Shown here in pieces: positions 1 to 13,719 of a stretch of DNA of 64,000 nucleotides. Positions within the stretch are counted from its first letter, which is position 1; each line of letters opens with the position of its first letter. The DNA is from Camelus dromedarius. Lineage: Eukaryota. The translations under genes and the position numbers were made by a program. The stretch is from contig NC_087436.1 of NCBI RefSeq assembly GCF_036321535.1, positions 32,800,001 to 32,864,000 on the forward strand, given 5' to 3'. The notes under the pieces are model-generated. The model was not told the DNA's origin. It did no database searches and was given only the letters and a program-made list of their open reading frames with translations.

Positions 1-180
1 AGTTTAAATATGGAAAAGGGCAGAATAGAGATCACAAGAACTGAATCTTTTACCATGTGCCCAAAGCCTGGTTACTTCTAGAATTTTCAGTTACATAAAT
101 CAATGAATTCCTTTTATTGTATAAACCAGCTTGAGTTGGATTTATTTTAACTTGCAACTAACAGCATTTTCCCTGATATA
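1..180 (+). mobile_element. MLT1-type LTR 3' part
   Basis: ttttcagttacat...aaaccagcttgagttgg...cttgcaac...ctgatata. Confidence 0.6.
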
Positions 181-399
181 GCAGTGAAGGTACAGAGATA
201 TTTTGAGCTGTAGAGGAGCCAAGAGTATAAATGATGTCTACCCTCTATTTCATCTATACAATTGAAGGAAAGGTAATCTACAGAGATTTAAGGGAGTGTA
301 CCTAGGACTGCAGATATGAGAAAAGTGAAAAGGAATTGGAAGATCCGCTAAAGGAAATGTGTTGGGGAACCAAATTTAGATGGATCTCTGCTTCTTTAT

Positions 400-570
400 G
401 ACATTTACCATTAGTTGATATTATACTTTTGTCTTTCTTAGAAATTGTAAACCTCATGATGTTGGGGGTTGTGTCTGATTGATTTAGTCATCATATTTCC
501 AGTGCCTAGAATTGGGCTTGGCATGTGGAGAGGCTGAACAGATATTTATACATACTGATGAGAGGATGAA
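400..570 (+). mobile_element. L2 3' end
   Basis: ttgtaaacctcatga...ccagtgcctagaa...ttggcatg...atatt. Confidence 0.6.
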
Positions 571-1819
571 TTTCTGAACAAACTTAAGAGTCCAGCTCAG
601 ATTGAGTAGTATGACTATATGGTGGAAAAAATTGACCTAGTTTCTGAACTCTTTCAGAAAATACTCTTTAGCCTGGATACATCAGAGGAGAAAGATTATG
701 GAGTTTGTCCATGATTGTGGAATGGCCTTGCCTGGTGCCTGGCACCTAGTGAATGGTACATACAACTTTAATGCTGCACAATGTGACAGTGGTTGTGGCA
801 GAGGATAAGTGGTGAGGAAATCCAGTATGGCACCAGGGTAGTGTTGCTGACATGACTAACCGCTTGTTACGAGCTGGAGAGGGAAACGGTTGATTAAAAT
901 AATTTGAAGGTAAAAAGTAAAACTGCATCAAACTAATGTGATGCCGAAGCCTTGGTTTTGGAGTTCATAGCATAGTTGTTTAATTTTACTGGAAAAAACA
1001 TGAGTACCACTAGATGAACTACTTAAATCCAGCTTTCTTCAGGTAAAAGTAGTAATGACAGGGCAAAATAAAACCATAAAGAGATCACCAGAAAAAAATA
1101 GTCCAAAGATCCTTAGAAACATAGTTGGACATGTGTATGCATTGTGAGTCTTGGTGATGCAGGGATCTGAGAAAATCTGTTATTAGAACTTATTTGAAAG
1201 ATGGAGAAAAGGAACAGAGAAAGTTCCAACTTCAACCTGCATTAAAAAAAACCCAAATAAAACAGTTTAAAGAATTTTTGAAACTGGCTGTTGTGTTTAA
1301 ATTTAGTAAGTAGGCTAAAGAAGATTTAAACAATGGGCTGCACTGTTGTAGCTGCTTATTTTTATTGGGTCTATTGGCAGAAGTCTCTCATTTCTTCACA
1401 CTTACTTCTCAAAGACCCTGGAGTCCCAGGTTTCACTTAGCATAGTAACAGCTTTCAAATAATAATCTGGTGTCTGTCTCGGCCTCTGTTTTTCCCTTTC
1501 CCTTTGTACCCTTGCCTTTTTGTTATTTTTCTTAATTCCTCTCCCTACCTACTCCCCCTTTTCCTCACACCTTTTTTTTTTCTTTTCTCCTATTCAGTTT
1601 CTCTCCAGATTACAAAGATGTCAATTAGCTATAAAGGACATCTCATGCATAGTGAAATGTGTTTGTTAAAAAAGTCTGGAAGTGTCACAGGGAATTCTGT
1701 TCCAGGGTGGTCATCGTGACTCTGCTATACCAAACTGGTTTTGAGGGTTAGGATAAACTTGAAGGGATTGAATTTAATTAGACTCTTGGAAACTCCAAAA
1801 ACTAGGAGCTACTCTATCA

Positions 1820-2075
1820 TTCCAGATGGTGTTGTGATAGAAATATCTTTGTGATTAGACAGGCCATTTTCAAATCCTAGATTCATTTTTTTTTATTAGC
1901 TATGTGACATTGGATAAGCAGCTTTAACTCTGTGGCTTTTAGTTTCCTCATCTGTAAAATGAGAATAATAATACTCATCTCAAAGTATTTTGTGAGGAGT
2001 AAGTAAAGCCTGGAAAGTGGTTAGTACGGTACCTGTCACATGGTAAACATGTACTAAGTGGTAGCTACTCTTACT
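1820..2075 (+). mobile_element. MIR SINE
   Basis: Core agctatgtgac...agtttcctcatctgtaaaatgagaataata. Confidence 0.85.
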
Positions 2076-4349
2076 GTTCTCATGTTCTCTTGAGTGGATT
2101 CTAGCTTCACCCATTCTCCTGCCAGTGTCCAGCTTAGGCCACATAAGAGCCATTGCTCTTCTGGAATCTAAACCAGGACCGAAGTACTCAAGGTGTATGC
2201 TGCTGGGGCTTCTGGGCAGAGGGATGTACTTTTCTGTTAGAGAGGGTTTTGATGTCTAAACAAGTACCCTTCAAGTACGTTGCAGGATAGGCTTCCTATT
2301 CATATTGTTCCCTTTTACATTTTACTCACTATCTGCTCAGAGCCTGACCTGTTCATTTTTGCATTAATTAATTTCCTCAGTACATTTATTGAACACTTAC
2401 TTGGTGTCAGGATTGGGTTTACAGTGATGAGTAATACCGAGTTCCTTCTCTCTTCAGCTGTACAATTCCCCCTTTGGGTAATATGGAGCTTATCTATGAC
2501 TTCACAAAGTGAATTACATCGTAGATGCATCTGTATAGCAACATGGTGACCTTTTTGGCCAGTGCCAGTGTAAATCACTTTCTTAAGCATTATTCTAGAG
2601 TCTTCACTGTCATCTTAGTTTCTCTTTCATGCCTCTTGATCACTGTCAATTTTTCATTGTCAGGCTAAGATCTCGATGAATTTAGGGTTTAACTCCTAAT
2701 CTTGCAGTTTACACTTGCAAGTAGTATGTCTTATAGACGCTGTTGCAGAATATAGAGCATGTATTTTATTACACTATCACATGCAAAGGGCCATGCTGTC
2801 ATTTAAATATGGGAAAATTTAAGACTTATGAACTTCTTTATTCTCTTTTAATGCTCAGGCATAATGACATCCAACTGAAATGTCATTGTAGTAGATTTAG
2901 ATGCATTTTCTCAGTTGTAGATTACCCAGGAAATCAAGGCTCAAACTGGAAGTTGCAGAATGTGGGACATAAGTGTCTTTTGAATTAATGTCAACAAGAC
3001 ACTGAGTATTTTTCTTTTTTCCATGTTTTCTTTGGTGAACTCTTTAGATAAAACAAGGGTAAGATTATTGGTGAAGTGTTACCTCTAATAGCAAAACCAA
3101 TCTTTACTTTTTCTCTTTTTCTGTAGGAAAGTTCTTGTAATGTCTGCAGTCATATCTTGAGTCTTTATGAAGCTCAGGTTACCTCCCCAAGTCCTTTATT
3201 TCAGATGTCTGTATTGATGGGGGTGGGGCACAAAGTAAAGTCTTATTACTTTTACAGATAGAAATGCTCTTCTGGTTAGTATTAAAATGCAGGAGCACTT
3301 CAGAATGTTGAAATAATTGGCAATTTACTTATTTTTAATACCAAAGTTTATTTTTGAAAGGACTGACTTTTGAACAAAGTTTTTTGGCTTTAGAAATTCA
3401 TGATAAATGAGAAGTGTAATTGTTTGCCTGGCTTCCAAAACTCATGTTTTTCTAAATCTGCTACTACAACACCCTCCTTCAATTTTAGGCTTAGTGCTAA
3501 TTTACATTCTAGATATAGTCTTTGTATTACTCAGAGGAGTTTAATAAGAGCTATTCAAATAACTAATTGGCTAATGTTCTTATAAATGTTGTTCTCTGTT
3601 TTAGGTACTTCTGTGCCCAAATGATTTGGTTTTCTTTGTAAAATCCCACCCTAAAATATTTGGCCTGTTGTGTTTTCTGTACACCCCAGAGAGTGGGCTC
3701 CTGATTAGTACTGCAGTTCTGTAGTGTGGAAGTTCTGTCCTTATGCCGAAGTGAGTTGAATTTCTTACCTTGAACCTGACTCTCCTAGTGATTTAGTTCC
3801 TGGTATCTGTTGTTGGGCATCACCAATACCAGTGGACTTTCCTGTTTAGCATTTTGTCACATCTCTAAAAACCTCAATCAAAACAAGTCAATAAATCCAA
3901 TAAGCAACATTTTCCTCAAACCCTACCATAAAGCCCACTCTAGAAGTATTGTCAAGTGCTGCAGCATTTACTGAAATTCTCATGATATGACAGAAGAGCA
4001 GTTTAGTCACAGACCACAATGCAGAACCTCTTAAAATACTCTATCATCTTTGTTCTCTCTCCCTTGTTTCTCTTGCTATCTGCCCTATCTCTCTTTCTTC
4101 CTTCACAAGCTACAGCCCAAACCGTTCCAGTGGGATGTCCTCTGTTGCCCTAAGCATTGCGACTCTTCCTTTCAGCTAGACTAGTTCACTCAGCAAACAC
4201 AAACCAGTGACATAGAACTTTTTTATTTAGCATGTTCCTTAGGAACCTTGCTATGTTCTACTCTGAAGAAAAGGCCAAATGAAATTGCCAAGATGCCTAT
4301 GATCCAGAGGTAGGTGACTTTTGCAAAAGGGTGTATTATTCAGTTATTA

Positions 4350-4870
4350 TGGATGTGTGCTCACATGTTTGGGTATGAACATGTATGTGTGTACATTTTA
4401 CAAAATTGGGATTATACTATATATGCTATTTTATAACCTGCCTTTCTTAATAAAAATATCATGGATATATTTTCATTCTTCAGTAGTCTTCTATTATGTA
4501 TTTTCAGTCATTTCAGAAATTGTACTGTATGGATGTTTCATGATTTAATATGTCATCTTGTTGGCTGGTTAAGGCTGTATATAATTTTTTTCTTTGTAAA
4601 TTATTTTGTAATCTGTGCTGTTATTTCCAAAAATAAACTCATATAAGTAGAATTTTAAGGTGAGAATGTATAAGATTTTAAATTTGGTCCATAACCCAAA
4701 AGTGATTATACCAATGAATGCTCTTATTTATAGTATATGAGAGTGTCCATCTTCTGCACCCTCATCCACAATATGTATATTTCTTTTTGCATCATTATGT
4801 TAGACAGAGAGGAATGAACTAATTGTTGCTTACATGTTCAGTGATTTGATTACTACCAAGTACAAATGTA
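4350..4870 (-). mobile_element. Very old L1ME-like 3' fragment
   Basis: Degenerate L1 3' landmarks (aaaattgggattatactatatatg; agtatatgagagtgtcc). Confidence 0.55.
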
Positions 4871-5365
4871 TTACAGGATTTGTCAAGCAGTGCAGTCATA
4901 CAGAACTGTCCCATGTGTTTCTTTGCTCCTTTGCCAGGGCTTATCTACTGCTGGGACCTTTTCTCCCTGTGCTTGCCTCTTTGCTTCTCTGTACTCTTTC
5001 AGGTGACTTGTGATCTGATTCTATCCCAGTCTTTGCTTTTGATTTACTTACTTTGTGTCATAGGGCTTTTTCATACTTAGTTCATTTCTCTTTTGAGTTT
5101 CCCTAGTCGACTACATCACCTAAAACTTAAAAGATCATCTCAAAGATAATGTGAGAAAAATGGATTTATTTTTGTCCTTAGACTAAATTTACATCAAAGC
5201 CACTCATTTAAGGTTCTGAGTTAGTAGATAGAATATGGGTAAATGGGTATTATTGGAAAGCAGGAGGCAGAGATGTTGTTCAAGAACCTCCTGGGAACTG
5301 ATTCTGCTTTCTTCCCTAGATGTGGATGTGGTCTTGCTGATGGTGTTTAATACAAGAATCAAAAG

Positions 5366-5450
5366 AGCTAGCTAGCTTGCTTGATTGCTTATTTATTTAT
5401 TTACTTACTTATTTACTTACTTACTTACTTACTTACTCACTCATTTATTT
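5366..5450. repeat. Compound tetranucleotide microsatellite
   Basis: gcta > gctt > attt > actt > actc units in a period-4 register. Confidence 0.85.
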
Positions 5451-6159
5451 GTAGGGGAGGACAAATAGGAGTAAAGGGATGGTTAGTGTAGGTTTTCTTG
5501 GGGTGGTGAAAGTGATGTCTTAGCAAGCACCCAGTTTCTCAGAATCAGTGCACATACTGTATCTGTTGTTGCTATTACTCAGCCCACCCCAAGGGAAGAT
5601 GAACTTTGGATTCTTCTGTGCTGCACTGGGTCCTGCTTACTGTGTCCATCTTGCTTCCAATAAGATCTTATATTCCTGACTTATTAGTCATGAGTGTTTC
5701 TAACCTCATTTGGTGATTGCATGTTGCCTTTCATCAGGGTTAAACATTTAATAGCAGAAATTTCATTTTAGTGAAGATTAGAGTAACGTAAAAATGTGAA
5801 TATTTGGGTAAAGTTTAATGTATGATGTGCTTACTTGGTACTTTGTTTTCCATTTTATAGGTGCATTCATATTTGTTTCATACAGAAGTTGGGCTGTACT
5901 TTCTTTTCCATTTTAATTTCAGTTCATAATTTACTTACCTGTATTGTTTATCCTTCTCTCTATGTAAGTCAGATGAATTAGTTATGCTGAATTAACAGAG
6001 AACTCCTAAATCACATGGCTTAACACAAATTTACTTCTTACTTATGATACATGTTCAAAGTAGTTATCTTTTTAGAGAAATGAAATAGTATGGATACAGG
6101 TAAACACACATTTTTCTCCCCTTTCCGCCTTTATCCATCTCTAGATATGACCAGATATA

Positions 6160-7030
6160 ATTAAAGTTGGTAAAACTTACGATAAGCTTTGAATTTCTAT
6201 AAAAAATTGGGATCTTGATTGGAATTCCATCAAGGAATTGATTCATAGGTTAACTAGGGGATAATTGCTACTTTTACAGTGTTGATTCTTTCCACTCCTG
6301 AATATATCTTTCCATGTATTTAAGTCTCTGTTTATGTCTTTGAATAAATTGTTATCATTTACTCTTTTAGGTTCTTGCATATCTTTTATTAAATTTTATT
6401 CCTAGGTACCATATATATTTTGATGAGTTTTTAAGAAGAGTCTGTGCATACATTGTGTATTGGCTAATATAGTAGCAATTTTTAACCTCCTCTGCAGCTT
6501 GAGGTGGCCATAGTTCTGTCTAGTGACACTTAGGAAGTCTTATGAAGGGTACTCATTAGGAACTTTCTTTTTTTCTGGCAAAAGACGGGTGTGTTACTGA
6601 TGATATCTTTTCCCTGTTCTTTCTGCTTGTGATGCAGGTATGAAGTCTCGGTGCTTAGAGCTATTTCAAGTATTTTGTGAAAAAGAAATGGTAGAACATA
6701 AATATAAAGAACATAGCAGTTAGATGGATGGAAAAAGCCCTTAGGTACTCACTGACATTGTAGAGCAGCTGAATCAAGTGACTGCTTATCTCCAGGTTTC
6801 TTGCCATATGGGAAAAATAAACCTTCATTTTGTTTAAGTAACTATAATTTTATTTTCTGTACTTTCAGACAAAACTACTTCTGATATAGTAGCTATTTTG
6901 GTAATAAATTTTTTAATTATTTGTTGCTGTTTGGAATAAAATTAGTTATTTTTTTCTGATCTTGTATCTTCTTAAACTTTATTATTTCTAATAGGCTTCT
7001 ACTTTGAATAGAATTTGAATTTTTAATGTA
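6160..7030 (-). mobile_element. Old L1 ORF2 fragment interrupted by an MLT1-like LTR (about 6445-6890)
   Basis: L1 landmarks (ttgattctttcc; tttattcctaggta) flank an LTR-like segment ending aataaacc...tgtttaag...ctgatata. Confidence 0.6.
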
Positions 7031-7368
7031 CCCAACCATATATTATGAAGCATGGTGTTGTTTATAGGAATAGGCAGGATAGGAAACCATGAAGTAGGAA
7101 CTGAAAATGTTGTTTTTTTTTTCCCCTTTGGATTGGTTATATTAAGGCTGTCCAACTTTTGTCTAACTATAATCAATTTCATGCCAGATGATAAGATTTT
7201 TAGTTTTTTATTATTTCCATATAAACTTGCAGCAGACTCCAGTGGTGAAAAAAACAATTGTGTAATTTCAAAAGTTTGTGACATTTCTTAATAGTTTACC
7301 ACTAAAAGTATCTGACTTTAAATAAAAAATCAGGACACTAGTTAACTTAGTTATTGTGCATGAGTTTT

Positions 7369-7946
7369 ATTTTATTTTTTGAAAAATTTAAAAATTAAAG
7401 TATAATCGAATTACAGTGTGTTAATTTCTGGTGTACAACATAGTGGTTCAGTTCTCTCTCTATATATATACAGATAATATATTCCTTTTTATTTTCTTTT
7501 TCATTATACACTTTTACAAGGTATTGAATATAGTTTCCTGTGCTATTCAGTAGGACCTTGTTGTTTATCTATTTTATGTATAGTAGTATCTGCAAATCCC
7601 AAACTCCCATTTTATCCTTCCACCCTTCCCTTTCCCCACTGGTAACCATATAAGTTTGTTGTCTATGTCTGTGAGTCTGTTTCTGGTTTGTAAATAAGTT
7701 CATTTGTGTCCTTTTTTGAGATTCCTCATATAAGTGATACCATATTTTATTTTTCCTTGTCTTTCTGGCTTACTTCACTTAGTATGACAATCCCCAGGTC
7801 CATCCAAGTTGCTGCAAATGGCATTATTTTATTATTTTTTATGGCTAAATAGTATTCTGTTGTATAAATATACTACAGCTGTTTTATCCAGTCATCCATC
7901 ATGAATATTTAGATTGTTTCCATGTCTTGGCTATTGTAAATAGTGC
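7369..7946 (-). mobile_element. 5'-truncated L1 3' end, older subfamily, with TSD
   Basis: L1 3'UTR and ORF2 end. TSD ttgt(g/a)catgagtttt at 7354-7368 and 7947-7961, TTTT/AA site. Confidence 0.9.
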
Positions 7947-8575
7947 TTGTACATGAGTTTTAAAAAGAACTTTCCCCAAACTCTTGAACAATTGATTTGG
8001 GACATATTTTTTCAGATTCTTCAAATCCAGATATGCTGGGAGTATAGGTTTGCCATAAAAGTAAAAGAAGGATGGTTGAAGAAAACTATATGAGGTGTGG
8101 AGTTGTGGATACTAGTTACCAAAGAATTCATCTTACTTCCTGTTGCTTAACATGCTGCATTTAATAGACCACAGAGAGGACTGAACAGAGTTATACAGTT
8201 AGATTTGAAATACATTTACAAATGGTTAAAGGAAAAATGTGAATTTTACTTTTTGGATACCCTATTACTTTGATCTTAAATTTTGGAGACTACCTGTAGT
8301 CCTGTTCTAATTGTAACTTTACTTTTATGTTTGTAAACTTTGTGTAAACTCAAGCTAAGTTAGAGTCAGAAGTTTTGTTTATTATACTTAGTGATGATGT
8401 TTTAAAGGTAGACTTGTTTGTGGAAATGTGAATGTTAAAGCACTCTGATTTAAAGCATATCTTTTATGGCACTTCAGTGTAACCCCTTTTCGTAATCTAA
8501 ATATTTTACTGGTAGTTAAAGGTCTGCATACTTGTGTCTGGTTAGAAATTGTTGCTTCTCAATTGCTTGTCATAG

Positions 8576-8599
8576 AATGGTGGAGCACTTCAGAGACCT
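8576..8599 (+). other. Candidate 24-nt microexon
   Basis: ttgcttctcaattgcttgtcatAG|aatggtggagcacttcagagacct|GTAAGT; open in all three frames. Confidence 0.3.
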
Positions 8600-9087
8600 G
8601 TAAGTAAATTTCTCCCAGCCTGACACTATTGCTACTGCTTCCTTTCTTAATAGCTGATTAAAGAATTTTTACTATTACTTTGACTTTGTCCACCTTGAGT
8701 ATCACGAAGATGTCATTTTCTCAGTTCTTATTTTTTCTTTAAATTTCTGCAGAAGTTTGTGATATTGAAACTCCCGGTCCTGTCCTTTAATCACTTTTCT
8801 ACTGGCTTTTATGACTTTAAGCTATGCTATCTTCCCATTATCTCTTGAATTGTTCCTTTGTTTCTGTTGCTTTTTATATTTTATTCTCTCGTTTTCTAAC
8901 TATGATTAGAGTCCCTTGGCCTGCTTTGCTTTTCTCAGTACTATAATTTCTTGCATAGATAATTGATCCTTTTTTTTGTTTATGCTAATTATGACTAAAT
9001 GTAAGTATCTTTAGGGTTGACTTTTCACATGAGATTAATTAATTAATTAATTAATTATGACCTTTTAAACATTTTATTTATTTATTT

Positions 9088-9436
9088 AACATTTTTTATT
9101 GATTTATAATCATTTTATGATGTTGTGTCAAATTCCAGTGTAGAGCACAATTTTTCAATTATACATGAACATAATATATTCATTATCACATTTTTTTCTC
9201 TGTGAGCTACCATAAGATCTTGTATATATTTCCCTGTGCTATACAGTATAATCTTGCTTATCTATTCTACAATTTTGAAATCCCAGACTATCTCTTCGCA
9301 CCCCCTGCCCCCTTGGCAGCCACAAGTTTATATTCTGTGTCTGTGAGTCTATTTCTGTTTTGTATTTATGCTTTGTTTGTTTGTTTGTTTGTTTTAGATT
9401 CCACATGTGAGCGATCTCATATGGTATTTTTCTTTT
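9088..9436 (-). mobile_element. Short L1 3' end (about 350 bp) in tandem with the longer copy
   Basis: A second 3'UTR from aacattttttattgatttataatc to ctcatatggtattttt directly abuts the tail of the next copy. Confidence 0.9.
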
Positions 9437-12400
9437 TTTAATCATTTTTTATTGATTTATAATCATTTTACAATGTTGTGTCAAATTCCAGTGTAGAGCA
9501 CAAGTTTTTAGTTATCCATGAACATATATATATTCATTGTCACATTTTTTTCTCTATGAGCTACCATAAGATCTTGTGTATATTTCCCTGTGTTATACAG
9601 TATAATCTTGTTTATCTATTCTACAATTTTGAAACCCCAGTCTATCCCTTCCCACCCTCCACCCTCCTGGCAACCACAAGTCTGTATTCTATGTCTATGA
9701 GTCTATTTCTGTCCTGTATTTATGCTTTTTTTTTTTGATTCCACATATGAGCGATCTCATATGGTATTTTTCTTTCTCTTTCTGGCTTACTTCACTTAGA
9801 ATGACATTCTCCAGGAGCATCCATGTTGCTGCAAATGGCGTTATGTTGTCAGTTTTTATGGCTGAATAGTATTCCATTGTATAAATATACCACCTCTTCT
9901 TTATCCAGTCACCTGTTGATGGACATTTAGGCTGTTTCCATGTTTTGGCTATTGTAAATAGTGCTGCTATGAACATTGGGGTGCAGGTGTCATTTTGAAG
10001 TAGGGTTCCTTCTGGATATATGCCCAGGACTGGGAGAACTGGGTCATATGGTAAGTCTATTCCTAGTCTTTTGAGGAATCTCCATACTGTTTTCCACAGT
10101 GGCTGCACCAAACTGCATTCCCACCAGCAGTGTAGGAGGATTCCCTTTTCTCCACAGCCTCTCCAGCATGTGTCATTTGTGGATTTTTGAATGATGGCCA
10201 TTCTAATTGGTGTGAGGTGATACCTCATTGTAGTTTTGATTTGCATTTCTCTGATAATTAGTGATATTGAGCATTTTTTCATGTGCCTGTTGATCATTTG
10301 TATTTTTTCATTGGAGAATTGCTTGTTTAGGTCTTCTGCCCATTTTTGGATTGGGTTGTTTATTTTTTTCTTATTAAGTCGTATGAGCTGCTTATATATT
10401 CTGGAGATCAAGCCTTTGTCGGTTTCACTTGCAAAAATTTTCTCCCATTCCGTAGGTTGTCTTTTTGTTTTACTCATGGTTTCCTTTGCTGTGCAGAAGC
10501 TTTTAAGTTTCATTAGGTCCCATTTGTTTATTCTTGCTTTTATTTCTTCTAGGAGAAAATTTTTGAGATGTATGTCAGATAATGTTTTGCCTATATTTTC
10601 CTCTAGGGGGTTTATTGTATCTTGTCTTATGTTTAAGTCTTTGATCCATCTTGAGTTGATTTTTGTGTATGGTGTAAGGGAGTGTTCTAGCTTTATTGTT
10701 TTACTTGCTGCTGTCCAATTTTCCCAACACCATTTGCTGAAGAGACTGTCTTTATTCCATTGTATATTCTTGCCTCCTTTGTTGAAGTTTAGTTGACCAA
10801 AAGTTTGTGGGTTCATTTCTGGGCTCTCTGTTCTGTCCCATTGGTCTATATGTCTTTTTGTACCAATACCATGCTGTCTTGATGACTGTAGCTCTATAGT
10901 ATTGTCTGAAGTCTGGGAGAGGTATTCCTCCAGCCTCTTTGTTTCTTTTCAGTAATGCTTTGGCAATTCTAGGTCTTTGATGGTTCCATATAAATTTTAT
11001 TATGATTTGTTCTAGTTTTGTGAAATATGTCCTGAGTAATTTGATAGGGATTGCATGAAATCTGTAGATTGCCTTGGGCAGTGTGACCATTTTAACAATA
11101 TTGATTCTTCCAATCCAAGAGCATGGAATATCTTTCCATTTTTTAAAGTCTTCTTTAATTTCCTTCATCAGTGGTGTATAGTTTTCTGTGTATAATTCTT
11201 TCACCTCCTTGGTTAGATTTATTCCTAGGTATTTTATTACTTTGGGTGCTATTTTAAAGGGGATTGTTTATTTTCTTTTTCTGTTGATTCATCAATAGTG
11301 TAAAGAAATGCCACTTATTTTTGAACGTTAATCTTGCAACCTGCTACCTTGCTGAATTGTTCAATCAGCTCTAGTAGTTTTTGTGTGGACTGTTTAGGGT
11401 TTTCTATATATAGTAACATGTCGTAGGCATATAGTGACACTTTTACCTCTTCTTTTCCAATTTGGATCCCTTTTATTTCTCTCTCTTGTCTGATTGCTGT
11501 GGCTAGGACTTCCAAGACTATGTTGAATAGGAGTGGTGATAGTGAGCGTCCTTGTCTTGTCCCAGATTTTAGTGGGAAGCTTTTGAGTTTTTCACCGTTG
11601 AGTACTATGCTGGCTGTAGGTTTGTCATATATAGCTTTTATTATGTTGAGATATGTTCCCTCTATCCCCACGTTGGTGAGAGTTTTTATTATAAATGTGT
11701 GTTGAATTTTATGAAATGCTTTTCCTGCATCTATTGAGATGATCATGTGGTTTTTGTCCTTTCTCTTGTTGATGTGATATATTACATTGATTGATTTGTG
11801 TATGTTGAACCACCCTTGTGTCCCTGGGATGAACCCCAGTTGGTCATGATGTAAAATCTTTTTTATGTGTTGTTGGATTCTATTTGCTAATATTTTGGTG
11901 AGGATTTTGGTGTCTATGTTCATCAATGATATTGGCCTATAATTCTCTTTTTTGGTAGTGTCTTTGCCTGGTTTTGGTATCAGGGTGGTGGTGGCTTCAT
12001 AGAATGGGTTTGGGAGTGTTCCCTCCTTTTCAATCTTCTGGAAGAGTTTGAGAAGTACTAGTAAGAGTTCTTCTTTGTATGTTTGGTTGAATTCCCCAGT
12101 GAAGCTGTCTGGTCCTGTACTTTTATTTGTAGGGAGTTTTTTTTATTGCTGTTTCGATTTCATTTCTAGTGATTGGTTTGTTCAAGTGGTCAGTTTCTTC
12201 TTGATTCAGTCTTGGTGGACACTATGTTTCCAGAAACTTTTCCATCTCCTCTAGGTTATCCAGTTTGGTTCTGTATAGTTTTTCATAATATTCTTGTATG
12301 ATATTCTGTATTTCTATCTTGTTTGTTGTAATTTCTCCATTATCCTTTCTTATTTTGCTAATTTGTGCTCTCTCTTTTTTCTTCTTTGTGAGTTTGGCCA

Positions 12401-13255
12401 GAGGTTCGTCCATTTTATTTACTTTTTCAAAAAACCAGCTTTTGGTTTGATTGATTATTTTCTATGGTCTTTTTAACCTGTGTTTTATTTATTTCCTCCC
12501 TAATCTTTATAATTTTCTTCCTTCTGCTGCCTTTTGGGGATTTTTGTTCTTCTTTTTCTAGTTCATTCAGCTGGTGGGTTAAATTGTTTACTTGAGATTG
12601 TTCTTCTTTTTTGAGGAAGGCCTGTATCACTATAAACTTCCCTCTTAGCACTGCCTTTGCTGTGTCCCATAAATTTTGTGTGGTTGTGCTTTCATTTTCA
12701 TTTGTCTCAAGGTATTTTTTAAATTTCAGCTTTGATTTCCTCATTGACCCAGCGGTTTTTTAATAAGATATTGTTTAATCTCCGTACCTTCCTTTAGTTC
12801 TCCTTTGTTTCTCTGTTGTTGATTTCTAGTTTCATGGCATTGTGGTCAGTAAAGATGCTTGAGATAATTTCCGTCTTCTTAAAAATGCTGAGGTTTTTTT
12901 TTTTGTGCCCAAATACATGATCAATCCTGGAAAATGTTCCATGTGCACTTGAAAAGAATGTATATCCTATTTTTGGGAGGTGTAATGCCCTGAAAATATC
13001 CACCAAATCAAATTTTTCTATTGTATTATTTAATTTTTCTGTTGCCTTATTTATTTTCTGTCTGGAAGATCTGTCTAGTGATGTTAATGTGGTGTTAAAA
13101 TCTCCAACTGTGATTGTATTCCCATCAATATCCCCCTTTGTCTCTGTTAGTAATTGTTTTATGTACTTAGGTGCTCCTATATTGGGTGCATATATATTAA
13201 TGAGTGTAATATACTCATCTTTTATCACTCCTTTAATCATTATAAAATGTCCTTC
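9437..13255 (-). mobile_element. 5'-truncated young LINE-1 (same family), ORF2 pseudogene
   Basis: Near-identical to 28.7-32.4 kb. Several frameshifted ORF2 pieces; RT motif mutated to YAYD; truncated inside the EN domain. Confidence 0.95.
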
Positions 13256-13719
13256 AAGCTTTACTTATTTAAACTCAGTTTCTTCCAGGATGCTTATACT
13301 TGTATCATCTCCTATAATTAGTCTAAAATCAATTTCATTGCTCTCTTCACCTAAGCTGTGTGTATGTCTCCCAAGTGATACCATCATTTTTCTGGTCACT
13401 AAGCCTTGAAACAATTAATTTTTATTTATTACTCTTTTTGGTATTTTTATATACTCGACTAAATTTTATAAATTCCCCTTTGAAATATTTACTTTACACT
13501 TCTTTTTTATTTCAAGTCTCGGTTCCACAATCCAAGTCTATCCTTTTTGATCTCTTTGCATCCAGATTCCTATATTGATCTCTTGGATCTTTCCGGAGTT
13601 ATTCCTTCCTAAAAATTCTGTATATTCTGGTTATGTTATAATCATTTGCAGAAATGCTTTTGCTGTGTTACTTTCTTACTCAATAATTTCTTTACAAAAC
13701 ACATTCAATATCTGATCTT

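Noticed and set aside
3605..3750. Acceptor and donor pair ending GAA|GTGAGT
   Set aside because: Stops in all three frames.
8391..8448. Box C (gtgatga) and box D (ctga) pair suggesting a C/D snoRNA
   Set aside because: Only 58 nt long, with no convincing terminal stem or recognisable guide.
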